A stretch of 64,000 bases of DNA from an uncultured Actinomycetota bacterium (GCA_963805565.1 CAWDUK010000004.1:401938-465937), one strand, 5' to 3'. Positions 45,031 through 54,763 are shown, numbered from the stretch's first letter. Numbers and translations: made by a program. Notes: generated from the sequence alone by a model not told the origin.

Positions 45031-47223
45031 ATGGGTCGGGACCCTCGCTACGACATCCTCTTCGAGCCTGTGCAGATCGGCCCGAAGGTCATGCGCAACC
45101 GCTTCTACCAGACGCCACACGATTCGGCTCTTGGAACCCAGGCGCCTGGAGCTGAGGCGTACTTCCGCAGCATGAAGGCAGAGGGTGGCTGGGCGGTAGT
45201 CAACACCGGCCACGTTCAGATCGCGCCCGACTATGACTACACCGGGTTTCACGCAGTCGCCCGCATCTGGGACGATGCGGACATACGTAACTGGAGCCTG
45301 ATGACCGAGCGCGTGCATGACGCCGGTGCGCTGGCGGGGATCGAGTTGGCTGCCAGCGGATCTGCGGTTTCCGGCTTTGAGAGTCGCATGCCCGCGCGCT
45401 CGATCACAGGCGTCGGCGACGCGCACCTCTGGATGGGCGCCTGCTACGCCATGGGCAAGGAGGACATCAGGAGCCTGCAGGCAGACTACGTGGCGGCAGC
45501 CAAGCGAGCATGCGCCGCCGGCTTTGACATCGTCAACGTCCACGGCGCAATGGAATGGAGCGTTTGCACCAGGTTCCTCATGCGTCGCTACAACACGCGC
45601 ACAGACGAGTATGGCGGATCGTTGGAGAATCGCGCACGATTCTGGCTGGAGACCCTCGAGCTGGTACGTGAGGCGGTCGGCGATGACTGTGCCATCACGG
45701 CTCGTCATTGCATCGACACTCTGTCCGGGGAGCGCGGCATAGATGTCGACGAGGAGGGAGTCGGCTTTGTTGCACTTGCCGATCATCTAGTTGACTTCTG
45801 GGACATTCAGACGGGAACGAGCTACCGGGATCAGGCGGCCTCTCGTTTCACCGTGGAGAACTTCCAGGCGGAGTGGATCGCCAAGGTGCGTCCGCACACG
45901 ACCAAGCCGATAGTGGGAGTCGGCCGCTTCACCAGCCCGGACACGATGGTGTCCGTCATCCGCAGTGGCCAGCAGGACATCATCGGCGCCGCGCGCGCGT
46001 CAATCTCCGATCCGTTCCTTCCGCGCAAGATCGACGAAGGGCGCGTCGATGAGATTCGCGAGTGCATCGGCTGCAATGTGTGCGTGTCTCGGGTGAACGT
46101 GCCTGCACGGATCATTTGCACCCAGAATCCAACTATCGGCGAGGAGTACCGCCGTGGATGGCACCCGGAACGGTTCGTGCCGGCTCGCAGCTCAGACCGG
46201 AGCGTGCTGGTCGTAGGCGGAGGGCCAGCAGGGCTGGAGTGCGCGATCGTGCTAGCTCGCCAGGGCGTCGAGCACGTGCACCTGGTTGAGGCCGCGCGGG
46301 AGGTCGGTGGCCATTTCCGATGGGTGCCGCGCCTGCCTGGCATGGCCGAGTGGATCCGGGTGCTCGACTATCGCAAGGCGATGGCAACGAAGCTGAAAAA
46401 TCTCGCTGTGGTGACAAATAAGAGACTCTCCCTTGAGGAGATTCTCGACTACGGCGCCGATCGAGTGATCCTCGCAACCGGCTCCCATTGGTCGCGCGAC
46501 GGCCTCAGCTGGGCCACCAACGCACCGATCCCCGGAGCCAACGCCGCAGAGGCACACGTGTGCACGCCCGAGCAGATCATGGCCGAGGGGAAGCCGATCG
46601 CCGCCGAGCGCGTGCTGGTCTATGACTGCGAGGGCTACTTCATGGGCGTGAGCCTCGCCGAGCGACTTGCGCGCGAAGGCAAAGCGGTGACTTTGATCAC
46701 CCCGTTTGCCACGCCGGCGCCCTATATGCAGTGGACCGAGGAGCATCAGATGATGATTCCGCGATTGCACACATTGGAGGTCGAGCTGGTCGTGGGTCAT
46801 GCAATCGACGAGGTCTCGCCCGAGGGAGCTCGCGGTCACCTGGTCGAGTATCCCGCGCAGGAGAAGACTTGGACGGCCGGCGCGATCGTGCTGGCAACCG
46901 GGCGCGTTCCAGACACACAGCTCTATCACGCGCTGCAGGAGGACTCTGACAGCCTCAACAGCGCGGGCATAGAGGCCCTCTACCGGATCGGCGATTGCGT
47001 GGCGCCGCGTCCACAGGTCGCAGACGCGATCTTCGACGGGCACCGTCTTGCACGGGAGATCGACTCCGCCGATCCGATGAAGCCGTTGCCGTGGATACGT
47101 GAGAATCGCGTTCTTGGAGCAGAAGACCGCGACTATGACCAGATCGTGGGCCACGGCACCCCCGTCCAACCATGCTCGGCAGTCCATAACCATGACGTGC
47201 ATACGACAGGGAGGTCACGATGA
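45031..47223 (+). CDS. Trimethylamine/histamine dehydrogenase-family Fe-S flavoprotein (OYE-like FMN domain + 4Fe-4S + ADP-binding domains)
   Basis: ATG 45031 gives MGRDPRYDILFEPVQIGPKVMRNRFYQTPHD..., with GGSLENRARFWLETLE and the cluster motif CIGCNVC-x11-C (46063-46119). It also has VLVVGGGPAGLECA; 730 aa. Confidence 0.88.
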   Translation: MGRDPRYDILFEPVQIGPKVMRNRFYQTPHDSALGTQAPGAEAYFRSMKAEGGWAVVNTGHVQIAPDYDYTGFHAVARIWDDADIRNWSLMTERVHDAGALAGIELAASGSAVSGFESRMPARSITGVGDAHLWMGACYAMGKEDIRSLQADYVAAAKRACAAGFDIVNVHGAMEWSVCTRFLMRRYNTRTDEYGGSLENRARFWLETLELVREAVGDDCAITARHCIDTLSGERGIDVDEEGVGFVALADHLVDFWDIQTGTSYRDQAASRFTVENFQAEWIAKVRPHTTKPIVGVGRFTSPDTMVSVIRSGQQDIIGAARASISDPFLPRKIDEGRVDEIRECIGCNVCVSRVNVPARIICTQNPTIGEEYRRGWHPERFVPARSSDRSVLVVGGGPAGLECAIVLARQGVEHVHLVEAAREVGGHFRWVPRLPGMAEWIRVLDYRKAMATKLKNLAVVTNKRLSLEEILDYGADRVILATGSHWSRDGLSWATNAPIPGANAAEAHVCTPEQIMAEGKPIAAERVLVYDCEGYFMGVSLAERLAREGKAVTLITPFATPAPYMQWTEEHQMMIPRLHTLEVELVVGHAIDEVSPEGARGHLVEYPAQEKTWTAGAIVLATGRVPDTQLYHALQEDSDSLNSAGIEALYRIGDCVAPRPQVADAIFDGHRLAREIDSADPMKPLPWIRENRVLGAEDRDYDQIVGHGTPVQPCSAVHNHDVHTTGRSR

Positions 47224-47594
47224 GCGACTTGCGACCAGCGACTCCGGGGCGTGTGCCGCCTGAGCAGATTCGCACGCGGTCGGAGACCGCGGACGACGGC
47301 TTCAGGGTCGGCGTCGCGATCGACGCGGCCAGCCACGGCTCGCCCTTGCTGCTCGGAGTGGCATGGATCCGGCCAGGGACAGAGCGCGTGAGCTGGCAGG
47401 CCGACGCGGATACTCACGAGACCTACTACATCCAGCAGGGCCGCATCTCGGTCGCCTGGGACGGAGAGAGCGAGGGCGAGACCGAGATCGGCCCCGGCGA
47501 CTCCTTCTACTTTCCGCCCGGCCGGTTGTACTCCGTCGAGAACGTGGGCGATGACGAGGTCTTTCTGATCTGGAACGTGATTCCCTCGCCGTGA
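47220..47594 (+). CDS. Cupin-domain protein
   Basis: 124 aa with GGGAGG upstream and an ATGA overlap with the flavoprotein stop. ...THETYYIQQGRISVAWDGESEGETEIGPGDSFYFPPG.... Confidence 0.75.
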   Translation: MSDLRPATPGRVPPEQIRTRSETADDGFRVGVAIDAASHGSPLLLGVAWIRPGTERVSWQADADTHETYYIQQGRISVAWDGESEGETEIGPGDSFYFPPGRLYSVENVGDDEVFLIWNVIPSP

Positions 47595-47780
47595 GCGGCG
47601 ATTGCGGCCGCACAAGGCCGACGCCCCGATCTGCTTTGCAGGCATACCCACATGAAGGCCAGTGGGGCCCCGCGACGGACGTCGGGCGACGTGCATCCCC
47701 ACCGGCGAGGAGCAGATGCTGACACTCGACGTAAGATCTAGGACCCTGGCAGCGGTCATCGTGGTCGAGAAGCCGCTGAC

Positions 47781-49145
47781 GTGACGAGGTTGGCAATGAC
47801 TAGGAGCCTCCAGCTGGCGCTCGGCGCCGATGTCGACCACCTGCGATTGGCAAGGTTGCTGCGACGCGCGCACGCAGTCGCGATCGACACAGGCGTCGCA
47901 CCCGCGATGGTGCGACAGATCGTCTCGGACTCGTGGCGCCGCTCGGCCGAGGCAGGTGTCGACCCTGCCCGCCCCGCGCCAAGGATGCTGGACGTGCGGC
48001 GCACCGCGCAGCGCCTGGTTGAGCATCCGCTCGCGAGCGTGTTGCCCCGCGTGCAAGAGCTGCTGCAGGAGACGATGGTGGAGTCAGGCTACTTCGCGGC
48101 GTTCAGCGATGCGACCGGAGTCCTGCTGTGGACCGAGGGTCCGGCGCGCGCCCTGCGCAGCGCGGTCGCACCGCGATTTCTGCCGGGATGCCTCTGCAGC
48201 GAGGAGCGGATCGGGACGAACGCGATCGGCACGGCGCTCGTGCTCGACCGCCCGGTGCAGATCTTCTCGGCCGAGCACTTCAACCACCTCCTGCACGGCT
48301 GGATCTGCGCGGCCGCGCCGGTCCACGATCCGCACAGCGGCGAGCTGATCGGCGCGATCGACATCTCGGGCGAGTTCCGCACCGCCCATGCGCACAGCCT
48401 TGCGCTTGTCGCCTCGGTGGCCAGGTGCGCCGAGGGCTGGCTTGCAGCCGAGCGCCAGGGCACCGACGAACGGATGCTGCGTCTATACCGCGAGCGGTGG
48501 GCCTCCCAACGGTGCTTCACCGCGGTGGTGACATCCTCGGGACGGGTGCTGGCCTGCGACCCGCCAGGCTGGCTGGGCGCACATGTCGATGCCGCGCCCG
48601 ATCAGGAACGCTGGCCTCAAGGCGACGGCAGCACGATCCACGCCCAGCCGCTCGGTGACGGATTCGTCGTCTGGCGCGCCGGCAGCGCGGCTCCGCAGCC
48701 ACGCCGGGCGCAGGTGAAGGTCGCGGTGCTGGGCCGGGATCGAGCGGAGGTCTCGATCGAGCGAAGGCGCTTCGAGCTGCGGTTGCGGCACAGCGAGATC
48801 GTCGCGCTGCTGGCCCTGCATCCGCAGGGCATGACGGTGCGCGATCTCGCTCTGCAGATGTACGGGACCGCCGAGCGCCAGGCGACGATCCGTGCCGAGG
48901 TCACGCGTCTGCGCGCCCTGCTGGGCCAAGCTCTGCGCAGCCGACCGTATCGACTCGACGACGGCGTGCAGGTCGATCTGGCGGCGGTTCAGCGAGAGCT
49001 TGCCGATGGCAACCCGTTGGCCGCTGCGCGCCGCTGCGCCGGTCCACTGCTGCCCTCTTCTGCCGCACCAGGGGTGGTGGCCGCCAGAGGCCACCTCGCA
49101 CGCGCTCTGCGCACCGCCGCGGCGCCGGCTTGCGGCACACCCTGA
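47781..49145 (+). CDS. AcoR-type GAF sensor fused to an OmpR/SARP-like winged-helix DNA-binding domain
   Basis: 454 aa (GTG 47781; ATG 47796 is an alternative). GAF core ...CSEERIGTNAIGTALVLDRPVQIFSAEHFNHLLHGWICAAAPVHDPHSGELIGAIDISG.... C-terminus ...LGRDRAEVSI...RHSEIVALLALHPQGMTVRDLALQMYG...IRAEVTRLRALLG...PYRL.... Confidence 0.8.
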   Translation: MTRLAMTRSLQLALGADVDHLRLARLLRRAHAVAIDTGVAPAMVRQIVSDSWRRSAEAGVDPARPAPRMLDVRRTAQRLVEHPLASVLPRVQELLQETMVESGYFAAFSDATGVLLWTEGPARALRSAVAPRFLPGCLCSEERIGTNAIGTALVLDRPVQIFSAEHFNHLLHGWICAAAPVHDPHSGELIGAIDISGEFRTAHAHSLALVASVARCAEGWLAAERQGTDERMLRLYRERWASQRCFTAVVTSSGRVLACDPPGWLGAHVDAAPDQERWPQGDGSTIHAQPLGDGFVVWRAGSAAPQPRRAQVKVAVLGRDRAEVSIERRRFELRLRHSEIVALLALHPQGMTVRDLALQMYGTAERQATIRAEVTRLRALLGQALRSRPYRLDDGVQVDLAAVQRELADGNPLAAARRCAGPLLPSSAAPGVVAARGHLARALRTAAAPACGTP

Positions 49146-49162
49146 CGCCAGGCCGCGACCGC

Positions 49163-49231
49163 ATGCAGCCTCGATGCAGCCTCCGGGCTCAGCTGGCCGG
49201 ATCGCCACCCTGAAGCTAACGTTGGCTGCAT
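49163..49231 (+). promoter_or_regulatory. Repeated ATGCAGCC motif (two direct, one inverted) between the GAF regulator and the formaldehyde operon
   Basis: ATGCAGCCTC occurs at 49163-49172 and 49174-49183, and the inverted copy GGCTGCAT at 49224-49231. The array lies 54-122 nt upstream of ATG 49285. Confidence 0.3.
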
Positions 49232-49284
49232 GAGCCCGCCGACGCGAAGGCGGATGACCGAGGCCGATCCGAGGGAGGATTGCG

Positions 49285-49674
49285 ATGACTGACACGCTCA
49301 AAGGCGCCTGTCTGTGTGGCGGTGTGGAGTACGAGGTGCGTGATCCCGAGGGCATGGGCGTCTGCCATTGCACTCGCTGCCAGCGGTGGACGGGCTCCAG
49401 CCTGGCCGGCGTGCTGGTCGATCGCGAGAACTTCAAGATCACCAAGGGCGCGGATCTTGTCAAGCGCTACGAGAGCGAGTTCGCACCGCGCCAGTTCTGC
49501 GGCAACTGCGGCTCAAGCCTCTACGACGATCTGGGCCAGAAGTACTTCGTCGCCGCGGGGCTCATGCGCGAGCTGGATCTGACGCCAGGCTTCCACCTGC
49601 AGGTCGCCTACAAGGCGGGCTGGGAGGCGATCGGCGACGACGCTCCGCAATTCGCGGAGAATCCGCCCGCCTAG
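49285..49674 (+). CDS. GFA/CENP-V family protein (glutathione-dependent formaldehyde-activating enzyme-like)
   Basis: 129 aa with GAGGGAGGA as RBS. The Cys-rich zinc motifs are ...GACLCGGVEYEV...GVCHCTRCQRWTGS...FCGNCGSSL.... Confidence 0.85.
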   Translation: MTDTLKGACLCGGVEYEVRDPEGMGVCHCTRCQRWTGSSLAGVLVDRENFKITKGADLVKRYESEFAPRQFCGNCGSSLYDDLGQKYFVAAGLMRELDLTPGFHLQVAYKAGWEAIGDDAPQFAENPPA

Positions 49675-49722
49675 CCGCTGGCTGGCGCGCAATACTGGCG
49701 AACACCAAGGCGAGGATCCACC

Positions 49723-50829
49723 ATGCGCATGCAGGCCGCAGTTCTGGAGGAGTTCGGCAAGCCGCTGGCTCTCAGCAGCGTCGATCTGGCGGAGCCGAAG
49801 GCCGGCGAGGCGCTCGTGCGCCTGGTGGCCTGCGGCGTCTGTCACACCGACCTCTACACCGCTTCGGGAGTTGACCCCTCCGGCTATGCCCCGACGGTGC
49901 TCGGACATGAGGGCGCAGGCGTCGTGGAGGCCGTCGGGCCAGACGTGCAGTCGCTCGCGCTCGGCGACCACGTGGTCACGCTCTTCTCCCCGCAATGCCG
50001 GGAGTGCGAGCACTGCCGCAGCGGCCTGACCAACATCTGCCTGGCGATCCGCGAGCAGCAGAACAAGGGCTATCTGCCCGACGGCACGACCCGCCTTTCC
50101 CGCGACGGCGAGCCGATCCGCCACTTCATGGGCACCTCGACGTTCGCCGAGTACACGGTGATGCCGGAGATCGCGCTGGCCAAGGTCAGCGAGGAGGCGC
50201 CGCTGGAGGCCGCATGCCTGTTCGCCTGCGGGCTCTCGACCGGGCTGGGCGCCGCGATGTACACCGCCGGCGTTCGAGCCGGCTCGACCTGCGTGGTGTT
50301 CGGCGCCGGCATGGTCGGCCTCGGCGCGGTCGCCGGCTGCCGGCTGCAGAACGCCGAGCGGATCATCTGCGTCGACCTCTCCGCCGAGCGCCTGGAGATG
50401 GCGCGCGCACAGGGCGCAACCGAGGTGTGGCGCGCGGGTCCGGACATCGTGGAGCGAATCCAGTCGGAGACACGCGGCTTCGGGGCCGACTACACCTTCG
50501 AGGCGACCGGACGGGTCGACGTCATGCGCCAGGCGGTCGAGTCGGCGCGAATGGGATGGGGCCTTTGCACCGTCGCCGGCGTCGCCGGCAAGGGCGAGAC
50601 GCTCGACGTGATCCCCCGCTGGCTGATCCAGGGCCGCCGCATCGCCGGCTCGTCGTTCGGCGGCGTCAAAGGGCGCGACCAGGTGCCGCAGCTGGTGGAG
50701 CGCTACATGGCAGGCGAGATCGACGTGGACTCCTTCATCTCCCATCGCATCACCCTGCCGGAAGTCAACCGCGCGTTCGAGCTGATGGAGGCTCAGGACG
50801 GCATCCGCAGCGTGATCAGCTTCGGATAG
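49723..50829 (+). CDS. Class III zinc alcohol dehydrogenase: S-(hydroxymethyl)mycothiol/glutathione (formaldehyde) dehydrogenase
   Basis: 368 aa, ...ACGVCHTDLY...GHEGAGVVEAVG...CRECEHCRSG...VFGAGMVGLG.... Confidence 0.92.
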   Translation: MRMQAAVLEEFGKPLALSSVDLAEPKAGEALVRLVACGVCHTDLYTASGVDPSGYAPTVLGHEGAGVVEAVGPDVQSLALGDHVVTLFSPQCRECEHCRSGLTNICLAIREQQNKGYLPDGTTRLSRDGEPIRHFMGTSTFAEYTVMPEIALAKVSEEAPLEAACLFACGLSTGLGAAMYTAGVRAGSTCVVFGAGMVGLGAVAGCRLQNAERIICVDLSAERLEMARAQGATEVWRAGPDIVERIQSETRGFGADYTFEATGRVDVMRQAVESARMGWGLCTVAGVAGKGETLDVIPRWLIQGRRIAGSSFGGVKGRDQVPQLVERYMAGEIDVDSFISHRITLPEVNRAFELMEAQDGIRSVISFG

Positions 50830-50833
50830 GACG

Positions 50834-51589
50834 ATGGCAAGCCTGGACATCCAACGCACCGAGCACCCCGACTGGCTCTCCAATGCGTATCTCGTGGTCA
50901 ACGGCGACACGAAAGAGGGCGTGCTGATAGACGGCAATGCCATCAGCGCCCCTCTGGTCGAGCGGATCGAGCGCGAGCAGATCGCGATCACAGCGATCCT
51001 GCTGACCCACCACCACGCAGACCATGTCGAGATCGAGGCCTACCGGCGATTTGACGCGCCGATCCTGGCGCACCCCGAGACAGCGCAGCTCGCCGGGCTG
51101 GAGCGCGTGGACCGCGGCTTGCTCGATGAAGAGATGGTGAGCACCGCTGGCCTGCAGATCAAGGCGCTGTACACGCCGGGACATGCGCGCGACCACATCG
51201 CATTTCTCATAGAGGATCACTGCTTCACCGCCGACGTGATCTTCCGCGGCACCGTCGGCGGCACCCGTGGCCCGGGAGGCAGCGATCTGCCAGAGCTGCG
51301 GCGATCGATCGATCGGCTGCTCGCACTGCCGCCGCACACCACGCTTCATCCCGGGCATCGCGGGCGGACCACTGTGGCGCAGGAGCTTGCCACCAACCCA
51401 TTCGTGCTCGCATGGCGCGACGGCGGCTCGGTGATCCACGAAGCCTGCACCGTGCGAGGCGAGCCCGCCGAGTTGCTGCTGTGGGGACCTGATTACGACG
51501 GCACCAACAAGGCATGGGTGCGCCTGGCCGACGGCAGCGAACACGTAGTCGGCGGCTCGCAAGTGGCGCGAGGCGCAACGCAAGACTGA
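50834..51589 (+). CDS. MBL-fold thioester hydrolase (glyoxalase II-like; candidate S-formylthiol hydrolase)
   Basis: 251 aa with the metal motif LLTHHHADH. It starts 4 nt after the dehydrogenase stop. Confidence 0.85.
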   Translation: MASLDIQRTEHPDWLSNAYLVVNGDTKEGVLIDGNAISAPLVERIEREQIAITAILLTHHHADHVEIEAYRRFDAPILAHPETAQLAGLERVDRGLLDEEMVSTAGLQIKALYTPGHARDHIAFLIEDHCFTADVIFRGTVGGTRGPGGSDLPELRRSIDRLLALPPHTTLHPGHRGRTTVAQELATNPFVLAWRDGGSVIHEACTVRGEPAELLLWGPDYDGTNKAWVRLADGSEHVVGGSQVARGATQD

Positions 51590-51668
51590 CACGACGCGGC
51601 GCGTCGGCCCCTCCCCTGGTTTGATTCCCGCTCGAGGTCCAAGCCAGCAACCGAGGAGGAATCACGAG

Positions 51669-52391
51669 ATGGCGCAGCGAGCAGCGATCGTCACCGGAGC
51701 ATCCAGCGGCATCGGGCTCGCCGTAGCCCAGATGCTCGGCGAGGAAGGCTACGGCGTGAGCATGAGCGCCCGACGCCCGGAGAAGCTGGACGCAGCCGTC
51801 GCCGAGCTGGAGGCCAAGGGCTTCGACGTCCACGGCGTCCCGGCCAACGTCGCAGACGAGGCCGAGATCCAGCGGGTCGTGGCCGCGCACAGCGAGCGCT
51901 ACGGCCGTCTCGACGTGCTGGTCAACAACGCCGGCGTGGGCGTCGGCGCCATGCTCGGCGAGATCCAGACCAAGCGGCTCGACATGCAGCTGGACATCAA
52001 CTTCCGTGCGGTCGTGCTCTTCTACCGCGAATGCCTGCCCCTGCTCCAGCAAGCCGCAAGCGAGCACCGCAACGCGCTGGTCGTCAACACAGCCTCGATC
52101 TCAGGCAAGCGCGCGGAGGGCTGGCTCTCGGTCTACTCAGCTACCAAGCACGCCGTGGTCGGCTGGACCGAAGCGATGAACAAGGAACTGGGCAGCCAGG
52201 GCATCAAGTCCACCGCGCTCTGCCCCGCCTTCGTCGACACCCCGATGACCGACTTCATCAAGGAGCACGTCAAAGCTGAGGAGATGATCCAGCCGCAGGA
52301 CATCGCGGAGTCCGTGCGCTTCCTGCTGCGAACTTCGCCCGCGTGCGTGGTGCCCGAGATCATGTTCGTGCGGCCGGGAGATTCTCTGTAG
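51669..52391 (+). CDS. Short-chain dehydrogenase/reductase
   Basis: ATG 51669 has GGAGGA upstream. MAQRAAIVTGASSGIGLAVA...NNAG...YSATKHAV.... Confidence 0.88.
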   Translation: MAQRAAIVTGASSGIGLAVAQMLGEEGYGVSMSARRPEKLDAAVAELEAKGFDVHGVPANVADEAEIQRVVAAHSERYGRLDVLVNNAGVGVGAMLGEIQTKRLDMQLDINFRAVVLFYRECLPLLQQAASEHRNALVVNTASISGKRAEGWLSVYSATKHAVVGWTEAMNKELGSQGIKSTALCPAFVDTPMTDFIKEHVKAEEMIQPQDIAESVRFLLRTSPACVVPEIMFVRPGDSL

Positions 52392-52424
52392 GGTCTTCGT
52401 GCAAGACGATCGGGGGACTCGCGA

Positions 52425-53459
52425 ATGAAGCTTGGCGTTCACATCGGCTATTGGGGCCTTGGACTGACCTCCGAGGACCAGCTGGCGATCGTGCAGGAGG
52501 CCGAGCGCCTCGGCTACGACTCGGTCTGGACCGCCGAGGCTTACGGCTCCGACGGCGCGACCGTGCTCGGGTGGCTTGCGGGCCAGACGAGCAAGATTCG
52601 GCTGGGATCGGGGATCTTCCAGATGCCCGGCCGCTCCGCCGCGATGACGGCGATGACCGCCGCCACGATCGACCAGCTCTCCGGCGGACGCATGATCCTC
52701 GGGATCGGCTCTTCTGGCCCCCAGGTCGCCGAGGGCTGGCACGGGCAGCGCTTCGCCCATCAATTGCAGCGCACGCGCGAGTACGTCGCGGTGGTGCGGA
52801 TGGCGCTGGCGCGCGAACGCGTGGAGTTCCACGGGGAGACGCTCACGCTGCCGCTGCCCGACGGCCCCGGCAAGGCGCTGAAGCTGACGATCGGCACCGT
52901 CCAGGAGAAAATCCCGATCTATCTGGCCGCGATCGGCCCGAAGAACACCGCGCTTGCGGGTGAGATCGCAGACGGCTGGATTCCGACGCTGTTTTCCCCC
53001 GAGCATGTTGCACAGCTGCGGCCTTTGCTTCAGGAAGGCGCGGATCGCTCCGGTCGCTCGCTGGACGGCTTCGACATCGCCCCCACCGTCAACGTCTTCA
53101 TCACCGACGATCTGCAGGCGGCGCGCGATGCGATGCGCCCGTTTATCGCGCTCTATGTCGGCGGCATGGGCTCGCGCAAGCAGAACTTCTACAACAACCT
53201 CGTCCAGCGCTACGGCTTCGAGCAGGCAGCCGCGCAGGTTCAGGACCTCTACCTGGAAGGCAAGCGCGAGGAGGCGATGGCGGCGATCCCCGACCAGCTG
53301 ATCGACATGGTCTCGCTGTGCGGGCCGAAGGACGTGGTGCGCGAGCGACTTTCGGTCTACAGCGACGCGGGCGTCGGCACACTCGGCGTCACGCCGCTTG
53401 CCTTCACCAAGGAGGACCGGCTCACGCAGCTTCGCCTTCTCGCAGAGCTCGCCGCCTGA
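52425..53459 (+). CDS. LLM-class (luciferase-like) F420-dependent oxidoreductase
   Basis: 344 aa, MKLGVHIGYWGLGLTSEDQLAIVQEAERLGYDSVWTAEAYGSDG...ILGIGSSGPQVAEGWHG.... Confidence 0.9.
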   Translation: MKLGVHIGYWGLGLTSEDQLAIVQEAERLGYDSVWTAEAYGSDGATVLGWLAGQTSKIRLGSGIFQMPGRSAAMTAMTAATIDQLSGGRMILGIGSSGPQVAEGWHGQRFAHQLQRTREYVAVVRMALARERVEFHGETLTLPLPDGPGKALKLTIGTVQEKIPIYLAAIGPKNTALAGEIADGWIPTLFSPEHVAQLRPLLQEGADRSGRSLDGFDIAPTVNVFITDDLQAARDAMRPFIALYVGGMGSRKQNFYNNLVQRYGFEQAAAQVQDLYLEGKREEAMAAIPDQLIDMVSLCGPKDVVRERLSVYSDAGVGTLGVTPLAFTKEDRLTQLRLLAELAA

Positions 53460-53467
53460 GCAGCGCG

Positions 53468-54727
53468 ATGCGTCCGCGGCGGATCCTGCTGGGCGCGTTC
53501 GGAGACCCGGGCCATGCCTTCCCGATGATCGCCCTCGGCGTGGCGCTTACGCGTCGCGGCCACGAGGTCACGCTGCAGACCTGGGAGCGCTGGCGTCCCC
53601 AGGTGGAGGCAGAGGGCCTCACCTTCGCGCCCGCCCCGGAGTACCACGTCTTCCCCAACGGCCCAGAGCCGCTGGACTTCTACGAGGCGGTCGTCTACGC
53701 CACGCGCGACACCGAGCCGCTGCTGCGGGAGCTTGCACCGGAGGTCGTCGTCTCAGACATCCTCACGCTGGCGCCGGCGCTGTGCGCCGAGCTGTACGGC
53801 GTGCCGCTTGCCACACTGATCCCCCATGTCTTCCCTGAGTCGGCGGACAGCTTTCCGATCTACTCCTTCGGCGCCCGCCTGCCCCGCACCGCCGCGGGCC
53901 GCGCGCTCTGGAGATACGCGCACTGGCCCGTGCGCAAAGGTCTGGAAAGCGGGCGCGCGGCACTGAACAGGACGCGGGCGCAGCTTGGCCTTCCGCCCCA
54001 ATCCCGCTTCCACGGTGGCACCAGCGAGCAGCTGGCACTGGTCGGCAGCTTCCCGCAGCTCGAGTACCCGCGGCGCTGGCCGGCACATGTGCACGTGGTG
54101 GGACCGCTGATGTGGGAGCCCCCGGGCGAGCAGGTGGTCCCGCCCACCCCGCCGCGATCGAGCCGCGACGGGAGCGACGCTGAGCGCCCTGTCGTGCTGA
54201 TCGCACCCTCGACCTCGCAGGACCCCGAGCACAGGCTGCTGCTGGCAGCGCTGAAGGGCCTCGCCGACGCCCCGGTGCGCGTGATCGCAACCTGGAACAA
54301 GCGTCTGCCGCCACGGCCGCTGCCCGTGCCGGAGAACGCAACCGTGGTGGACTGGGTCTCCTACTCCAAGACGATGCCGCTCTGCGATCTGGTCGTCTGC
54401 CACGCCGGCCACGGCACGCTGGCACGCGCGCTCTCCAGCGGATGCCCCGTGATCGCCTGCCCGGTCGCCGGCGACATGAACGAGAACGCGGCCCGCATCG
54501 CCTGGTCGGGCGCGGGCCTGCGGCTCCCACGGCGATTCATCGCGCCCCGCCCGCTGAGGCTGGCGGTAGAACGAGCCGCTGGCGATGTCGCAATGCGCAC
54601 AAGAGCCACGGAGATCGCCGAGTGGGCGGCGCGGCACGATCCCGCAGACACTGCGGCCATGCTGGTAGAAGGGCTCGCCGCGGACGCACCGCCGAGCTCA
54701 GTGCCGATCGCAGCTGCGGCTCATTGA
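53468..54727 (+). CDS. GT1-family (MGT/UDP-glycosyltransferase-like) glycosyltransferase
   Basis: ATG 53468 gives MRPRRILLGAFGDPGHAFPMIALGVAL.... The C-terminal donor motif is ...VCHAGHGTLARALSSGCPVIACPVAGDMNENAARI.... Confidence 0.85.
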   Translation: MRPRRILLGAFGDPGHAFPMIALGVALTRRGHEVTLQTWERWRPQVEAEGLTFAPAPEYHVFPNGPEPLDFYEAVVYATRDTEPLLRELAPEVVVSDILTLAPALCAELYGVPLATLIPHVFPESADSFPIYSFGARLPRTAAGRALWRYAHWPVRKGLESGRAALNRTRAQLGLPPQSRFHGGTSEQLALVGSFPQLEYPRRWPAHVHVVGPLMWEPPGEQVVPPTPPRSSRDGSDAERPVVLIAPSTSQDPEHRLLLAALKGLADAPVRVIATWNKRLPPRPLPVPENATVVDWVSYSKTMPLCDLVVCHAGHGTLARALSSGCPVIACPVAGDMNENAARIAWSGAGLRLPRRFIAPRPLRLAVERAAGDVAMRTRATEIAEWAARHDPADTAAMLVEGLAADAPPSSVPIAAAAH

Positions 54728-54763
54728 GAGCCGCGCATCGCTCTGGGTCACCCCTTCAAAAAG

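Noticed and set aside
47133-48056. The 307-aa reverse-strand ORF spanning the cupin/GAF-regulator intergenic region
   Set aside because: It overlaps two well-supported + strand genes and has no recognisable motif and an implausible composition.
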